Source of the DNA: Actinomycetota bacterium
GTDB taxonomy: Bacteria > Actinomycetota > UBA4738 > HRBIN12
DNA length: 64,000 nucleotides
Reading direction: 5' to 3'
Assembly (NCBI GenBank): GCA_035249905.1
Contig: DATFFT010000003.1
Location: 2,756-66,755 of the forward strand
The position numbers and the translations under genes were made by a program. Below are positions 35,362 through 45,095 of this stretch, one piece after another; position 1 is the stretch's first letter, and each line of letters starts with the position of its first letter. Under the pieces are notes generated by a model. It did no database searches and had not been told where the DNA came from. It worked only from the letters and a program-made list of their open reading frames with translations.

Positions 35362-36483
35362 TCAGGAGGCCAGGTACTGACGCCACGCGTCCTCCCACTC
35401 GTCGATGTTCTCGGGGATGAGCTCGGGGACCGCGTTGGTCACGACCTCCTCCGCCTCGTCGAGCCGGAGGTTGTCGATCGTCTCCTGGTCGGCCGCGTCG
35501 AGGATCGCGGGGTTCGAGCCCCAGTACTCGAGCTCGACGGCCACGCTCGCCTGCGTCTCGGGGTCGAGCATGTGGTTGATGAAGGCGTAGGCGGCGTCGA
35601 GGTTCTCGGCGTTCTCGGAGATGCTCAGTCCGCAGACCCACGACACCGAGCCCTCCTCGGGGGTGACGAACTTGAAATTGCCACCTTCCTTGTTGAGCAC
35701 GCGCACGAGCTCCGGTCCGGCCTGCACGGCCAGCACCTCGCCCTGCTGCATCAGGTTGATCAGCTGGGCGTCCTCGTCGAACACGGTGCGGACACGGTCG
35801 GTGTTGATCAGGTAGTCGCGGACCTGCTCGATTTGGGAGGAATCGAGCTCGAAGACGTTGGGGAACCCGAGCGCGGCGGCCACCATCGGCATCGAGTCGG
35901 TCGAGTCGTTCTCGAGGGCGATCTGACCCTCCCAGTCGCCTTCGAACAACGTGCGGTACCCGGTGATGACGCCCTCGGGGATCTCGTCGGCGTTGTAGAC
36001 GATGCCGTCGATCCCGCCCTGCGTCGGGGCCATCCAGTACTCGCCGTCGACCTCGACGCCCTGTCCGTCCTTCATGAAGGGGTAGATGTCATCCCAGACT
36101 GGGATGCGGCTCGTGTCGATCGGCTGCAGGAAGCCGCCGCGGATCAGTTGATCCATCTCACCTGCGCACGTCTCGACCACGTCGGCCTGGAAGCCGCCCC
36201 GCAGCTTCGTCACCGTGTCGGACGCGTCGCCGAACGGCACACCCTCGATGTTCAGGTCGGGGTTCGCCTCCTGGAACGGGTCCTGGATGAACGGGAACAA
36301 CGTGTCCTCGTAGGCGAAGATCACGACGTCACCCGAGACAGGACCGGCCGCAGTGGCCGACGCATCGGTGCCGGCACCTTGGCCGGGGTCGGTCCCCTCG
36401 TCGTCGCCGCACGCGGCGGCGATCACGACGAGCGCGACGAGCGCGACGAGCGCGACCGTCTTCCGCAGCGGATTCTTCGGCAC
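35362..36483 (-). CDS. polyamine-type ABC substrate-binding lipoprotein (PotD/PotF-like)
   Basis: GTG at 36483 follows GGGAGGAG. Signal and lipobox VALVALVALVVIAAACGDDEG. The size and profile fit a periplasmic binding protein. Confidence 0.8.
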   Translation of the reverse strand: MPKNPLRKTVALVALVALVVIAAACGDDEGTDPGQGAGTDASATAAGPVSGDVVIFAYEDTLFPFIQDPFQEANPDLNIEGVPFGDASDTVTKLRGGFQADVVETCAGEMDQLIRGGFLQPIDTSRIPVWDDIYPFMKDGQGVEVDGEYWMAPTQGGIDGIVYNADEIPEGVITGYRTLFEGDWEGQIALENDSTDSMPMVAAALGFPNVFELDSSQIEQVRDYLINTDRVRTVFDEDAQLINLMQQGEVLAVQAGPELVRVLNKEGGNFKFVTPEEGSVSWVCGLSISENAENLDAAYAFINHMLDPETQASVAVELEYWGSNPAILDAADQETIDNLRLDEAEEVVTNAVPELIPENIDEWEDAWRQYLAS

Positions 36484-36621
36484 GAGTCTCCTCCCTGAGA
36501 TCGTTCGGCACTCGAGCGGTGCATCGCTCGGCAACTTGGCCGCGAACGCTAGCACTACGACAGCAGATTGTCGACAGACTACAGTCGGCGACTGGGCCGC
36601 AGACGATCCCGGGCGCGACCG

Positions 36622-38052
36622 CTACAGCGGCACGTGGGAGAGCACCATGATCCGGGGCTCGGTCATCTCCTCCATCGCGAAGCGCAGGCCCTCGCGACCG
36701 AACCCCGATTCCTTGGAGCCTCCATAGGGCATCTGGTCGGCCCGGAACGCGCTCACGTCGTTCACGATCACGCCCCCGACCTCCAGGGTGCTGTGCGCCT
36801 CGAACGCCCGGTTGATGTCGTTCGTGAACACGCCGGCCTGCAACCCGTACTTCGAATCGTTCACCTCGGCGAGCGCCTCCGAGAACGTCTCGTACGGCGT
36901 GATCGTGCAGACCGGGCCGAAGACCTCCTCGCACCGGACCTTCATCTCCGGGCTGGTCCTGGAGATGAGCGTGGGCTGGAAGAAGGGTCCGTCGGCGGTC
37001 CCTCCGGTGAGCACCTCGGCACCTTGCGCCTCGGCCTCGGCCACCCACTCGGCGATGCGGTCCACCTCGCTTCTGGTGATGACCGGCCCGACGTCGACCG
37101 TCTCGTCCATCGGGTCGCCGACCTTCAGCTGCTCGACCTGCTTCGTGAGTCGTTCGGAGAACTCGTCGTAGACCTCGCTCGCGACCAGCACACGTTGCAC
37201 GCTGATGCAGCTCTGCCCGGCCTGGTAGTAGCCGCCGAACGCGATCCGTTGGGCCGCCAGATCGAGATCGGCGTCGGCGTGCACGATCACCCCGGCGTTG
37301 CCACCCAACTCGAGCGTGACCTTCTTCTTCGGGTCGAGCCCCTTCAGGTACCACCCGATGCCGGCCGAGCCGGTGAACGAGATCTTGCGGAAGCGTTCGT
37401 CGCGAGCCATGCCGTCGGCGACCTTCGAGCTGACGGGCAATACCTGGTACATGCCCTTCGGAAGATCGGTCTCATCGAAGAACTCGGCGAGACGAAGCGC
37501 TCCGACCGGTGTGGCGCTGGCAGGCTTCACGACGATCGGCGCGCCCACCGCGATGGCCGGCGCGACCTTGTGGGCCACCAGGTTCAGCGGGAAGTTGAAG
37601 GGGGTGATGCCCAGCACCGGACCGATCGGGAACCTCCGCAGGATGCCGAACCGGGACCCGAACGCGGCCTCGGTGTCCAGGCGCATCGCCTCATCCTGTC
37701 CGTGGCGGAGGGTCTCCGACGCCCATCGGAAGGTCGAGACGGCCCGGGCCGCCTCCACCCGCGCCCACTTCAGTGGTTTCCCGCCTTCCCGCGCGATCAG
37801 CTCGGCGTTCTCCTCCTGCGTCTCGTTCAGTCGGGCCGAGATGTGGTCGAGCGCGGTCGCCCGAGCGGCGACCGACAGCCTCGATGACGTTTCGAACGTC
37901 GAAGAGGCGGTGGCCACCGCCTCCTCGACATCGGCCTCGGTGGGCACGCCCAACTCGGCCACGACGCCGTCGTCGAAGGGGCTTCGGACCTCGAGGCTGC
38001 CCTCGCCGGTCCGCCATTCCCCGTTCACCAGGAACGGTCTGATCTCGGTCAT
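36622..38052 (-). CDS. NAD(P)-dependent aldehyde dehydrogenase (succinate-semialdehyde dehydrogenase-like)
   Basis: 476 aa. Motifs LELGGNAG and the catalytic-Cys block AGQSCISVQR. Confidence 0.9.
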   Translation of the reverse strand: MTEIRPFLVNGEWRTGEGSLEVRSPFDDGVVAELGVPTEADVEEAVATASSTFETSSRLSVAARATALDHISARLNETQEENAELIAREGGKPLKWARVEAARAVSTFRWASETLRHGQDEAMRLDTEAAFGSRFGILRRFPIGPVLGITPFNFPLNLVAHKVAPAIAVGAPIVVKPASATPVGALRLAEFFDETDLPKGMYQVLPVSSKVADGMARDERFRKISFTGSAGIGWYLKGLDPKKKVTLELGGNAGVIVHADADLDLAAQRIAFGGYYQAGQSCISVQRVLVASEVYDEFSERLTKQVEQLKVGDPMDETVDVGPVITRSEVDRIAEWVAEAEAQGAEVLTGGTADGPFFQPTLISRTSPEMKVRCEEVFGPVCTITPYETFSEALAEVNDSKYGLQAGVFTNDINRAFEAHSTLEVGGVIVNDVSAFRADQMPYGGSKESGFGREGLRFAMEEMTEPRIMVLSHVPL

Positions 38053-38084
38053 CTCGCGTGTCTCCTGCTACCTCGTAGAGCCGG

Positions 38085-39533
38085 TCAGTCGAGCGAGACC
38101 ATCACGTGCTTGATGTTCGTGTAGTCCTCGATCGAGTAGATCGACATGTCCTTCCCGTGGCCGGACTGCTTGTAACCTCCGTGGGGCATCTCCGGCGTCA
38201 GCGGGATGTGGGTGTTCACCCACACGGTGCCGAACTGCAGCTTCCGGGACATGCGCATGGCCCTGCCGACGTCGCGGGTCCAGACCGACGCCGCGAGTCC
38301 GTAGTCGACGCCGTTGGCCCATGCGAGCGCCTGCGCCTCGTCGTCGAATCGCTGCACGGTCACGACGGGACCGAACACCTCCCGCTGGATGATCTCGTCG
38401 GATTGCTGGGCATCACTGATCACGGTCGGACGGTAGAAGAACTTCCCCTCGCCCATCTCCATGGACCCGCCGCCGGTGAGGATCTTCGCCCCGGACTCGG
38501 CGGCGCGGTCGACCATGCCGGAGATGCGCTCGAACTGCTCCTCGGAGACGACCGAGCCCATCTCGGTGCCCTCGTCCCAGATGTCGCCGACCTTCAACGA
38601 CTCCACCTGCGGGACGAGCTCGCCGAGCAGACCGTCGTAGACGGCACCGCTCGCCATGACCCTGGTCGCCGCGGTGCAGTCCTGGCCCGAGTTGAAGTAC
38701 CCGGCGGCCTTGATCCATTCGACCGCGGAGGAGACGTCGGCGTCGTCGAAGACGATGACCGGCGCCTTCCCTCCCAGCTCGAGGTGGGTGCGCTTCATCG
38801 TGTCGGCGGCGTTCTTCATGATCAGCTTGCCGGTGGTCGTCTCGCCGGTGAGCGACACGATGCCGACGTCGGCGTGCTGCACGATACGTTCGCCGACGGG
38901 CACACCATCGCCCGTGACCACGTTGAACACCCCCGGTGGGAACACGTCGGCCTCGGCCACGTATTGCGCGAACTTCAACAGCGTGACGGGTGTCAGCTCG
39001 GAGGGCTTGATGACGATGCAGTTCCCGGCAGCCAGCGCCGGGCCCATCTTCCATGCGGCCATATACAGCGGATAGTTCCAGGGGGCGATCAAGCCGGCGA
39101 TGCCGATGGGCTCACGACGGATCATCGAGGTGAAGCCCTTCATGTACTCACCGGTGGCTCTGCCTTCGAGGACCCTCGCCCCGCCCGCGAAGAACCGGAA
39201 CTGGTCGGCGATGACCGGGATCTCATCGGACATCGTGACCGCGAAGGGCTTCCCCACGTTGACCGACTCGAGGCGACCGAACTCCTCACCGTGCTCCTCG
39301 ACGATGTCAGCCATCTTCAACAGCGCCGCCTGGCGTTCCCCGGGGGTCGAGTCCGACCACGTCTCGTCGAAGACACGACGTGCCGCGGCGACCGCACGAT
39401 CGACATCGTCGGCCGATCCTTCCTGGACCTCGGCGAGCACCTCGCCCGTGGCAGGGCTCGTGATCGATCGCGTCTGACCCGACGTCGAGTTGACCCATTC
39501 CCCGCCGATGAACATCTGGTAGCTGTCGGCCAT
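38085..39533 (-). CDS. NAD-dependent aldehyde dehydrogenase (aminobutyraldehyde/betaine-aldehyde dehydrogenase-like)
   Basis: ATG at 39533 follows GGAGGAGGGG. Motifs [22 protein letters not shown] and [10 protein letters not shown]. Confidence 0.9.
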   Translation of the reverse strand: MADSYQMFIGGEWVNSTSGQTRSITSPATGEVLAEVQEGSADDVDRAVAAARRVFDETWSDSTPGERQAALLKMADIVEEHGEEFGRLESVNVGKPFAVTMSDEIPVIADQFRFFAGGARVLEGRATGEYMKGFTSMIRREPIGIAGLIAPWNYPLYMAAWKMGPALAAGNCIVIKPSELTPVTLLKFAQYVAEADVFPPGVFNVVTGDGVPVGERIVQHADVGIVSLTGETTTGKLIMKNAADTMKRTHLELGGKAPVIVFDDADVSSAVEWIKAAGYFNSGQDCTAATRVMASGAVYDGLLGELVPQVESLKVGDIWDEGTEMGSVVSEEQFERISGMVDRAAESGAKILTGGGSMEMGEGKFFYRPTVISDAQQSDEIIQREVFGPVVTVQRFDDEAQALAWANGVDYGLAASVWTRDVGRAMRMSRKLQFGTVWVNTHIPLTPEMPHGGYKQSGHGKDMSIYSIEDYTNIKHVMVSLD

Positions 39534-39687
39534 AGTTCCCCTCCTCCAGAAGCGAACGCTCGGCTGAATCAACGCTCAGTGGCCAGTATGCCTCGGAGCG
39601 AGGGGTCGGACCACCCGACGGAACGGCTCCCCGTCCCACCCGCATTGGACACGGCGGACAACCCGGTGCAGGGCTGGTCAACCGTCC

Positions 39688-41244
39688 TCAACCGTCGAGC
39701 TCTGCCGCTTGCAGTTCGCGGGCACGGAGCGCGAGCCAGAACTCCATACGGTCGAAGCTGCTCGACAGATCGCGACCCGTGAGCTCCTCGACCTTGCGCA
39801 TGCGGTATCGAAGCGTGTGCCGGTGCACGAACAGCTCGGCCGCTGCCGTCTCCCATCGCGCGTTGTGTCCGAGGAATGCCTGGAGCGAGACGAGCAGCTC
39901 GCCGCCGTGTTCGCGATCGTACGTGTCGAGCGGACCGAGCATCGAATCGGAGAAGGCGCGAAGGGCGCCGGGGTCGGCCATCGACAGCAACAGGCGATAC
40001 GTGCCGAGATCGGCGAACCCCGCCTGTTGCCATCCCTCGAGCCGGCAGACCTGGAGCGCGTAGCGCGCCTCCCGCAGCGACCTGCCGATCTCGCTCGCGC
40101 CCACAGCCGAGCCCGCGCCGACGCGCACCTTCGATCCCAGCCGTTCCGCGATCGACGACGTGACCCCGTCGAGGTCGGGCGGCGGGTCCGCCTGGAGCAG
40201 CACGTGGACGCCGTCATCGGTCGCGGAGACCAGGAACCCCTCGGACCCCCGCGACAGGTCGTCGGTGACCGCGTCGGCGAGCGCTTCGGCGTCGAGATCG
40301 CCGTCCAGTCCCTCGATCGAGAGGACCATGACACGGGCGTTCCGGTCGAATCCGAAACGAGCCAGGCCCCGCGTCTCTTCGGCCGCCGTGATCTCGCCAC
40401 CGGCGAGGTCGTCGAAGAGATCTCCCTGCAGGCGGCGCCGAGCGTCGGCCACGGCACGCGCCTTCGAGAGCTCAATCGCGAACAGGCTCAGCGCGTGCCC
40501 CGCGACGATGCGATCGAACTGTGTCGGTTGATCCTGCTTGCCGACCGCGAGGAAGGCTTCGACCCTGCCCTGCGCGCCGACGGGCTGGACCCAGATGTGG
40601 TGACCGCGGTCCATGAGGGTGACGCTGAACGACGTGCCGTCCGGGCGACGGCTGCGCAACTCGTCCCAGATCCGTCCCGCGCGCTGCATCGCCGCTCTGC
40701 CGGTGCTCGCGATCGGCTGTCCGTGCAGGTCGAGCGCCAGCACCCAGCCCTTCGTCACGTCTGCGAGCGACCGCGCGATGCCGTCGGCACCCGAACCATC
40801 CATCACGGCGCGCGTGAGCACGTGCTCGGCGTCGACCGCCCGCTGCAGGGTGTCGTACTGCTCGGCCAGGATGCGGGTGAAGATCGCTTCGGTGATCGCG
40901 ATGAACGGCACCGGGTACGGCACCTCGAACAGCGGGAACCCGGCCTTGCCCGCCGCGGTGATCAACGATCGCGGGGTCCGCGTGTGGGTGAAGCCAAGCC
41001 CGAAACCCAGACCGGTGAGCCCGGCATCGACGAGACGCTTGAGGTAGGTGCGCTGTCTCGCCGGCGTCGTGCCGATGCCGAGCCCCGTGGTGAGGATCAG
41101 CTCGCCGCCCCTCAGCCAGGGTGTCGGGTCCTCGAGCTCCGAGACGTGGACCCATCGGATCGGACGATCCGCCTCCTCTTCACCTGCGAGGAGGCGCAGC
41201 GGCATCCCCGGGATCGCAACGATGTCCCGCACGGTGACGGACAT
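39688..41244 (-). CDS. PucR family transcriptional regulator
   Basis: Internal ATG at 41244. N-terminus VRDIVAIPGMPLRLLAGEE...WVHVSELEDPTPWLRGGELILTTG. C-terminal HTH LFVHRHTLRYRMRKVEELTG. Confidence 0.85.
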   Translation of the reverse strand: MSVTVRDIVAIPGMPLRLLAGEEEADRPIRWVHVSELEDPTPWLRGGELILTTGLGIGTTPARQRTYLKRLVDAGLTGLGFGLGFTHTRTPRSLITAAGKAGFPLFEVPYPVPFIAITEAIFTRILAEQYDTLQRAVDAEHVLTRAVMDGSGADGIARSLADVTKGWVLALDLHGQPIASTGRAAMQRAGRIWDELRSRRPDGTSFSVTLMDRGHHIWVQPVGAQGRVEAFLAVGKQDQPTQFDRIVAGHALSLFAIELSKARAVADARRRLQGDLFDDLAGGEITAAEETRGLARFGFDRNARVMVLSIEGLDGDLDAEALADAVTDDLSRGSEGFLVSATDDGVHVLLQADPPPDLDGVTSSIAERLGSKVRVGAGSAVGASEIGRSLREARYALQVCRLEGWQQAGFADLGTYRLLLSMADPGALRAFSDSMLGPLDTYDREHGGELLVSLQAFLGHNARWETAAAELFVHRHTLRYRMRKVEELTGRDLSSSFDRMEFWLALRARELQAAELDG

Positions 41245-41253
41245 GTCGACGAT

Positions 41254-41268
41254 TGTACGGAACGTACA
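41254..41268. promoter_or_regulatory. candidate operator: inverted repeat TGTACG-gaa-CGTACA in the pucR/gabT divergent region
   Basis: A perfect 6+6 inverted repeat lies 10 nt from the pucR start. An extra CGTACA half-site is at 41306..41311, and a GGAAgTTCC palindrome is at about 41320..41328. Confidence 0.35.
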
Positions 41269-41379
41269 TCGGAGCCCCAGGGGGCCGCGGGTCGCATGGC
41301 CGGACCGTACAAATAGACCGGAAGTTCCTGGTGGTCGCAGGTGCTGACAGTCGATGCCCGACGCTCGACACTCTGTCGC

Positions 41380-42720
41380 ATGGACATCCCTCAAGAGCGC
41401 AAGGTCGTCACCGAGATCCCCGGCCCGAAGTCCCGGGAGTGGTTCGCGCGCCGCGGCGAGGCCGTGCCTCGCGGTGTGGGGAACATGCACCCGCTCGTCA
41501 CCGCCCGGGGTTCCGGGGCGATCATCGAAGACGTCGACGGGAACCGCCTGATCGATCTGGCCACCGGCATCTCCACGCTGAACCTCGGCCACACGCCGCC
41601 AGCCGTGGTCGACGCCATCGCGCGGCAGGCCGAGCTCCACACCCACACGTGCTTCCACGTGACCGTGAACGAACCGTACATCGAGCTCGCCGAGCGGCTG
41701 AACCGGCTCGCCCCCGGCGACGACGCGAAGAAGACGATGTTCGCGAACTCAGGCGCGGAGGCCGTCGAGAACGCCGTGAAGATCGCCCGCCACCACACGG
41801 GGCGCACGGCGATCGTCGCGTTCGATGATGCGTTCCACGGACGCACGCTGCTGGCCATGTCGCTCACCGCGAAGGTGATGCCGTACAAGCACGGCATGGG
41901 GCCGTTCGCACCCGAGATCTACCGCCTCCCGTTCGCCTACCCGTACAGGTGGCGTGGAACCCCGGATCGGGTCACCGAGGAGGCGCTCGCCTACGCGACC
42001 GACCAGATGCACAAGCACATCGGCGAGGACAACATCGCCGCGGTCATCATGGAGCCCATCCAGGGGGAAGGCGGCTTCATCGTGCCGTCGCCCGGCTTCG
42101 TAAAAGGCATCGCCGAGTTCTGCTCGTCCAACGGCATCGTGTTCGTCGCCGACGAGATCCAGTCGGGGCTGGGCCGTGCCGGGCGCTGGTTCGCGATCGA
42201 GGACGAGGACGTGGTTCCGGACATCGTCACGACGGCCAAGTCGCTCGGCGGCGGGCTGCCGATCAGCGCGATCACCGGCCGTACCGAGATCATGGACGCC
42301 GTGCATCCGGGTGGGCTCGGAGGCACCTTCGGCGGGAACCCCGTTGCGGCCGCGGCCTCCCTCGCGTTCCTCGACACGATCGAGCGTGAGGACCTCCTCG
42401 CTCGCGCTCGCGAGCTCGGCGTGAAGATCATGGGCCGGTTCGAGGCGTTCGCCGCGACGCACGACGTCGTCGGCGACGTGCGGGGCCGGGGGGCGATGTG
42501 CGCGATCGAGCTCGTCTCCGACCGGGGGAGCAAGGAACCTCTCGACGCCGAGACGATGAACGCCATCGGCCGCCGCTGCTTGGAGAACGGGGTGCTGGTG
42601 CTCACGGCCGGCACGTACGGCAACGTCGTGCGTCTGCTGCCGCCGATCACGATCGATGAGGCGCTGCTCGATGAGGGCCTCGACGTGCTGGACGACGCGA
42701 TCGGCTCGGTCACCGGCTGA
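41380..42720 (+). CDS. gabT: 4-aminobutyrate aminotransferase (class III PLP aminotransferase)
   Basis: ATG at 41380. Motifs EIPGPKSREW, FANSGAEAVENAVK, AFHGRT, VADEIQSGLGR and TTAKSLGGG. Confidence 0.9.
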   Translation: MDIPQERKVVTEIPGPKSREWFARRGEAVPRGVGNMHPLVTARGSGAIIEDVDGNRLIDLATGISTLNLGHTPPAVVDAIARQAELHTHTCFHVTVNEPYIELAERLNRLAPGDDAKKTMFANSGAEAVENAVKIARHHTGRTAIVAFDDAFHGRTLLAMSLTAKVMPYKHGMGPFAPEIYRLPFAYPYRWRGTPDRVTEEALAYATDQMHKHIGEDNIAAVIMEPIQGEGGFIVPSPGFVKGIAEFCSSNGIVFVADEIQSGLGRAGRWFAIEDEDVVPDIVTTAKSLGGGLPISAITGRTEIMDAVHPGGLGGTFGGNPVAAAASLAFLDTIEREDLLARARELGVKIMGRFEAFAATHDVVGDVRGRGAMCAIELVSDRGSKEPLDAETMNAIGRRCLENGVLVLTAGTYGNVVRLLPPITIDEALLDEGLDVLDDAIGSVTG

Positions 42721-42789
42721 CACGGAACGTCGATCGAGCCAGGGTTGCCCACCGCTGCCCTTCCGGACGCTCCCGATAGACTGCGGGCG

Positions 42790-44268
42790 ATGTCTCGGAG
42801 GGGAACCATCGCGGCCAGCGCGATCGAATCACCGATCGTGGTCGCCTCGAACCGCGGACCCGTGAGCTTCGATCGCGACGACCGGGGGCGTCTGAGCCCC
42901 CGCCGCGGCACGGGAGGCCTCGTCACCGCGCTCTCGGGGGTCTTCTATCGAGACGACACGACGTGGGTATCGGCAGCGATGACCGAGGGCGACCGCAGCG
43001 TCGCGCTGAAGGGTCGCACGGTCACCTCGGAGTCCCATCAACGCATGCGATACGTCGTGATCCCGCCCGATCGGTACGAGGACTACTACAACGAGGTGTC
43101 CAACCGCATCTTGTGGATGGCGCATCACAACCTGTGGGACATCCCCCGCTCCCCGATCTTCGACGACGATACGCAGGCCGCCTGGCACGACTTCGTCGAA
43201 GCCAACCGGGCGTTCGCTCAGGCGCTCGCCCAGGAAGCCGACAACGACCCCGTCTTCCTGATCCAGGACTATCACCTCTGCCTGGTGCCCGGCATGTTGC
43301 GTGAGCTGGTCCCCGGATCGAAGATCGTGCACTTCTCCCACACCCCGTTCGCAGGCGCCACCTACCTGCGGGTGCTGCCCGGGGCCATGCGTGCAGCACT
43401 GCTTCGCGGCATGGCCGGTGCTGACGTGCTCGGGTTCCAGGCGAAGGGTTGGGCCGAGAACTACCTGCTCTCCGCCCGCAGCCTGCCGGAGCTGCGGGTG
43501 CTCCGCGGCGGACGCCTCGATATCGAGGGACGGACCGCGGCCGTTCGGTCCTTCCCGGTCGCGGTCAGCGCCGAGCCGCTGCGCGAGACGGCCAACCGCC
43601 CTGAGGCCGATGTGGTCCGCGACGAGCTCCGTGCCTGGGCGGGCGACTCGAAGATCGTGCTGCGCGTCGACCGGCTCGAGCCGTCGAAGAACATACTGCG
43701 CGGTTTCCTCGCCTACGAGCTGTTCCTGCGCCGGAACCCGTCCTGGGCGGGATCGGTGCGGTTCCTCTGCTTGCTCAGCCCCTCGCGCGAGGACGTGCCC
43801 GAGTACCAGAACTACGGCGAGGAGTGCCTCGCGGAAGCGGAGCGGATCAACAAGGAGTTCGGGCGGAAGCAGTGGCAGCCGATCGAGGTTCGCGTGCAGG
43901 AGGACTACGCGTTCGCCGTCGCCGCCTACGACCTCTACGACGTGTTGTTCGTGAATCCGACGTACGACGGCATGAACCTCGTCGCGATGGAGGGTCCGCT
44001 CGTGAACCGGCGTGACGGCGTCCTGGTGCTCTCTCGCAACGCCGGTGCGTTCAGCCGTCTCGGCCGTCAGGCCCTGGCGGTCAACCCGTTCGACCTGGCC
44101 GAGACGGCCGAGGCCATCCGCGAGGGGCTCGAGATGCCCGAGGAGGAGCGCGCGCGGCGAGCCCGCGGGCTCACACGCACGGTGCAGGCCCACACACCGG
44201 CCAACTGGCTCGCCGACCAGCTCGAGGCGGTCGACCAGGTGCGTCCCCCGAGTCGACGTCGTTCGTGA
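42790..44268 (+). CDS. otsA: trehalose-6-phosphate synthase (GT20)
   Basis: Motifs VVASNRGPVSF, LIQDYHL, VDRLEPSKN and DGMNLVAMEG. Confidence 0.9.
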   Translation: MSRRGTIAASAIESPIVVASNRGPVSFDRDDRGRLSPRRGTGGLVTALSGVFYRDDTTWVSAAMTEGDRSVALKGRTVTSESHQRMRYVVIPPDRYEDYYNEVSNRILWMAHHNLWDIPRSPIFDDDTQAAWHDFVEANRAFAQALAQEADNDPVFLIQDYHLCLVPGMLRELVPGSKIVHFSHTPFAGATYLRVLPGAMRAALLRGMAGADVLGFQAKGWAENYLLSARSLPELRVLRGGRLDIEGRTAAVRSFPVAVSAEPLRETANRPEADVVRDELRAWAGDSKIVLRVDRLEPSKNILRGFLAYELFLRRNPSWAGSVRFLCLLSPSREDVPEYQNYGEECLAEAERINKEFGRKQWQPIEVRVQEDYAFAVAAYDLYDVLFVNPTYDGMNLVAMEGPLVNRRDGVLVLSRNAGAFSRLGRQALAVNPFDLAETAEAIREGLEMPEEERARRARGLTRTVQAHTPANWLADQLEAVDQVRPPSRRRS

Positions 44269-44319
44269 GCGGCACGGCTCGAGACATGCGGTCGAGCGCG
44301 ATCGCCGCCGACGTGCCGG

Positions 44320-45048
44320 TCAGAGTCCGCGGAGCAGCGTGACGAGCCCTGCCGGGCCATCGACGACGACATCCGCCGTATCGCTCAGCGCAACGGGTGT
44401 CTCACGCCCGTGCACGGCCACCTTGACCGTGCGCACCCCGCGTTCGGCGAGCCGGTCCAACGCCTCGAACGCACGGATGTCCGCGACGTCGTCGCCGGCG
44501 TAGAGCACGGCATCGAGCCGTTCAGCTGCGACGATGCGTTCGACCGCCCCCTCCTTCAACGGTCGGTCGGCCGGCACGAGCTCGATGACCATCTTCCCCG
44601 GCAGCAGGGTGAGCCCCGACCTGCGGGCGATCGGCGCGAGTCCGGTCTCGAGCTCGTCCCGGGCCTGGCTCGCGTCGTCCGCCGCCCGATAGTGCACGGC
44701 GACCGAGCCTCCCTTCGGTTCCACCCTGGCGCCCGCGACCCGAGCGGCGGCCTCGCCCACCGCGTCGAGCACGTCGTCGGAGAGCGGGGTCGCGATGTCG
44801 GACAGCCCGTAGAGGCCCGCGAGGCGGACCCCTTCGACCCCCACGAGGTCACGGAGCTGTTCGTTCGTCCGGCCGGACACCACTGCGACCACCGTGTACC
44901 GGCCGACCAGTCGCTCGATCGCGTCTCGGGCACCGTCGCGGATGCGGGCCAGCTCGGGCCTGGCCACGATCGGGCTGAGCGTGCCGTCGAAATCGAGCAG
45001 CACCCCGGTACGACCATCTTCGATGCGGAACGACCTGAGACGATCCAT
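44320..45048 (-). CDS. otsB: trehalose-6-phosphate phosphatase (HAD)
   Basis: Internal ATG at 45048. HAD motif I VLLDFDGTLSPIV, VVSGR, and YAGDDVAD. Confidence 0.85.
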   Translation of the reverse strand: MDRLRSFRIEDGRTGVLLDFDGTLSPIVARPELARIRDGARDAIERLVGRYTVVAVVSGRTNEQLRDLVGVEGVRLAGLYGLSDIATPLSDDVLDAVGEAAARVAGARVEPKGGSVAVHYRAADDASQARDELETGLAPIARRSGLTLLPGKMVIELVPADRPLKEGAVERIVAAERLDAVLYAGDDVADIRAFEALDRLAERGVRTVKVAVHGRETPVALSDTADVVVDGPAGLVTLLRGL

Positions 45049-45095
45049 CCCGGAAATCCTAGTGTTCGTGCGCCGCAGGGCTACACTCGCGTCCC

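Noticed and set aside
36541-36600. An AT-richer patch with the TGTCGACA palindrome and CGACAG/ACTAC repeats upstream of the polyamine ABC operon, considered as an operator
   Set aside because: The patch is short and imperfect, with no second copy elsewhere in the island. This is not enough to call a site, although it may simply be the promoter.
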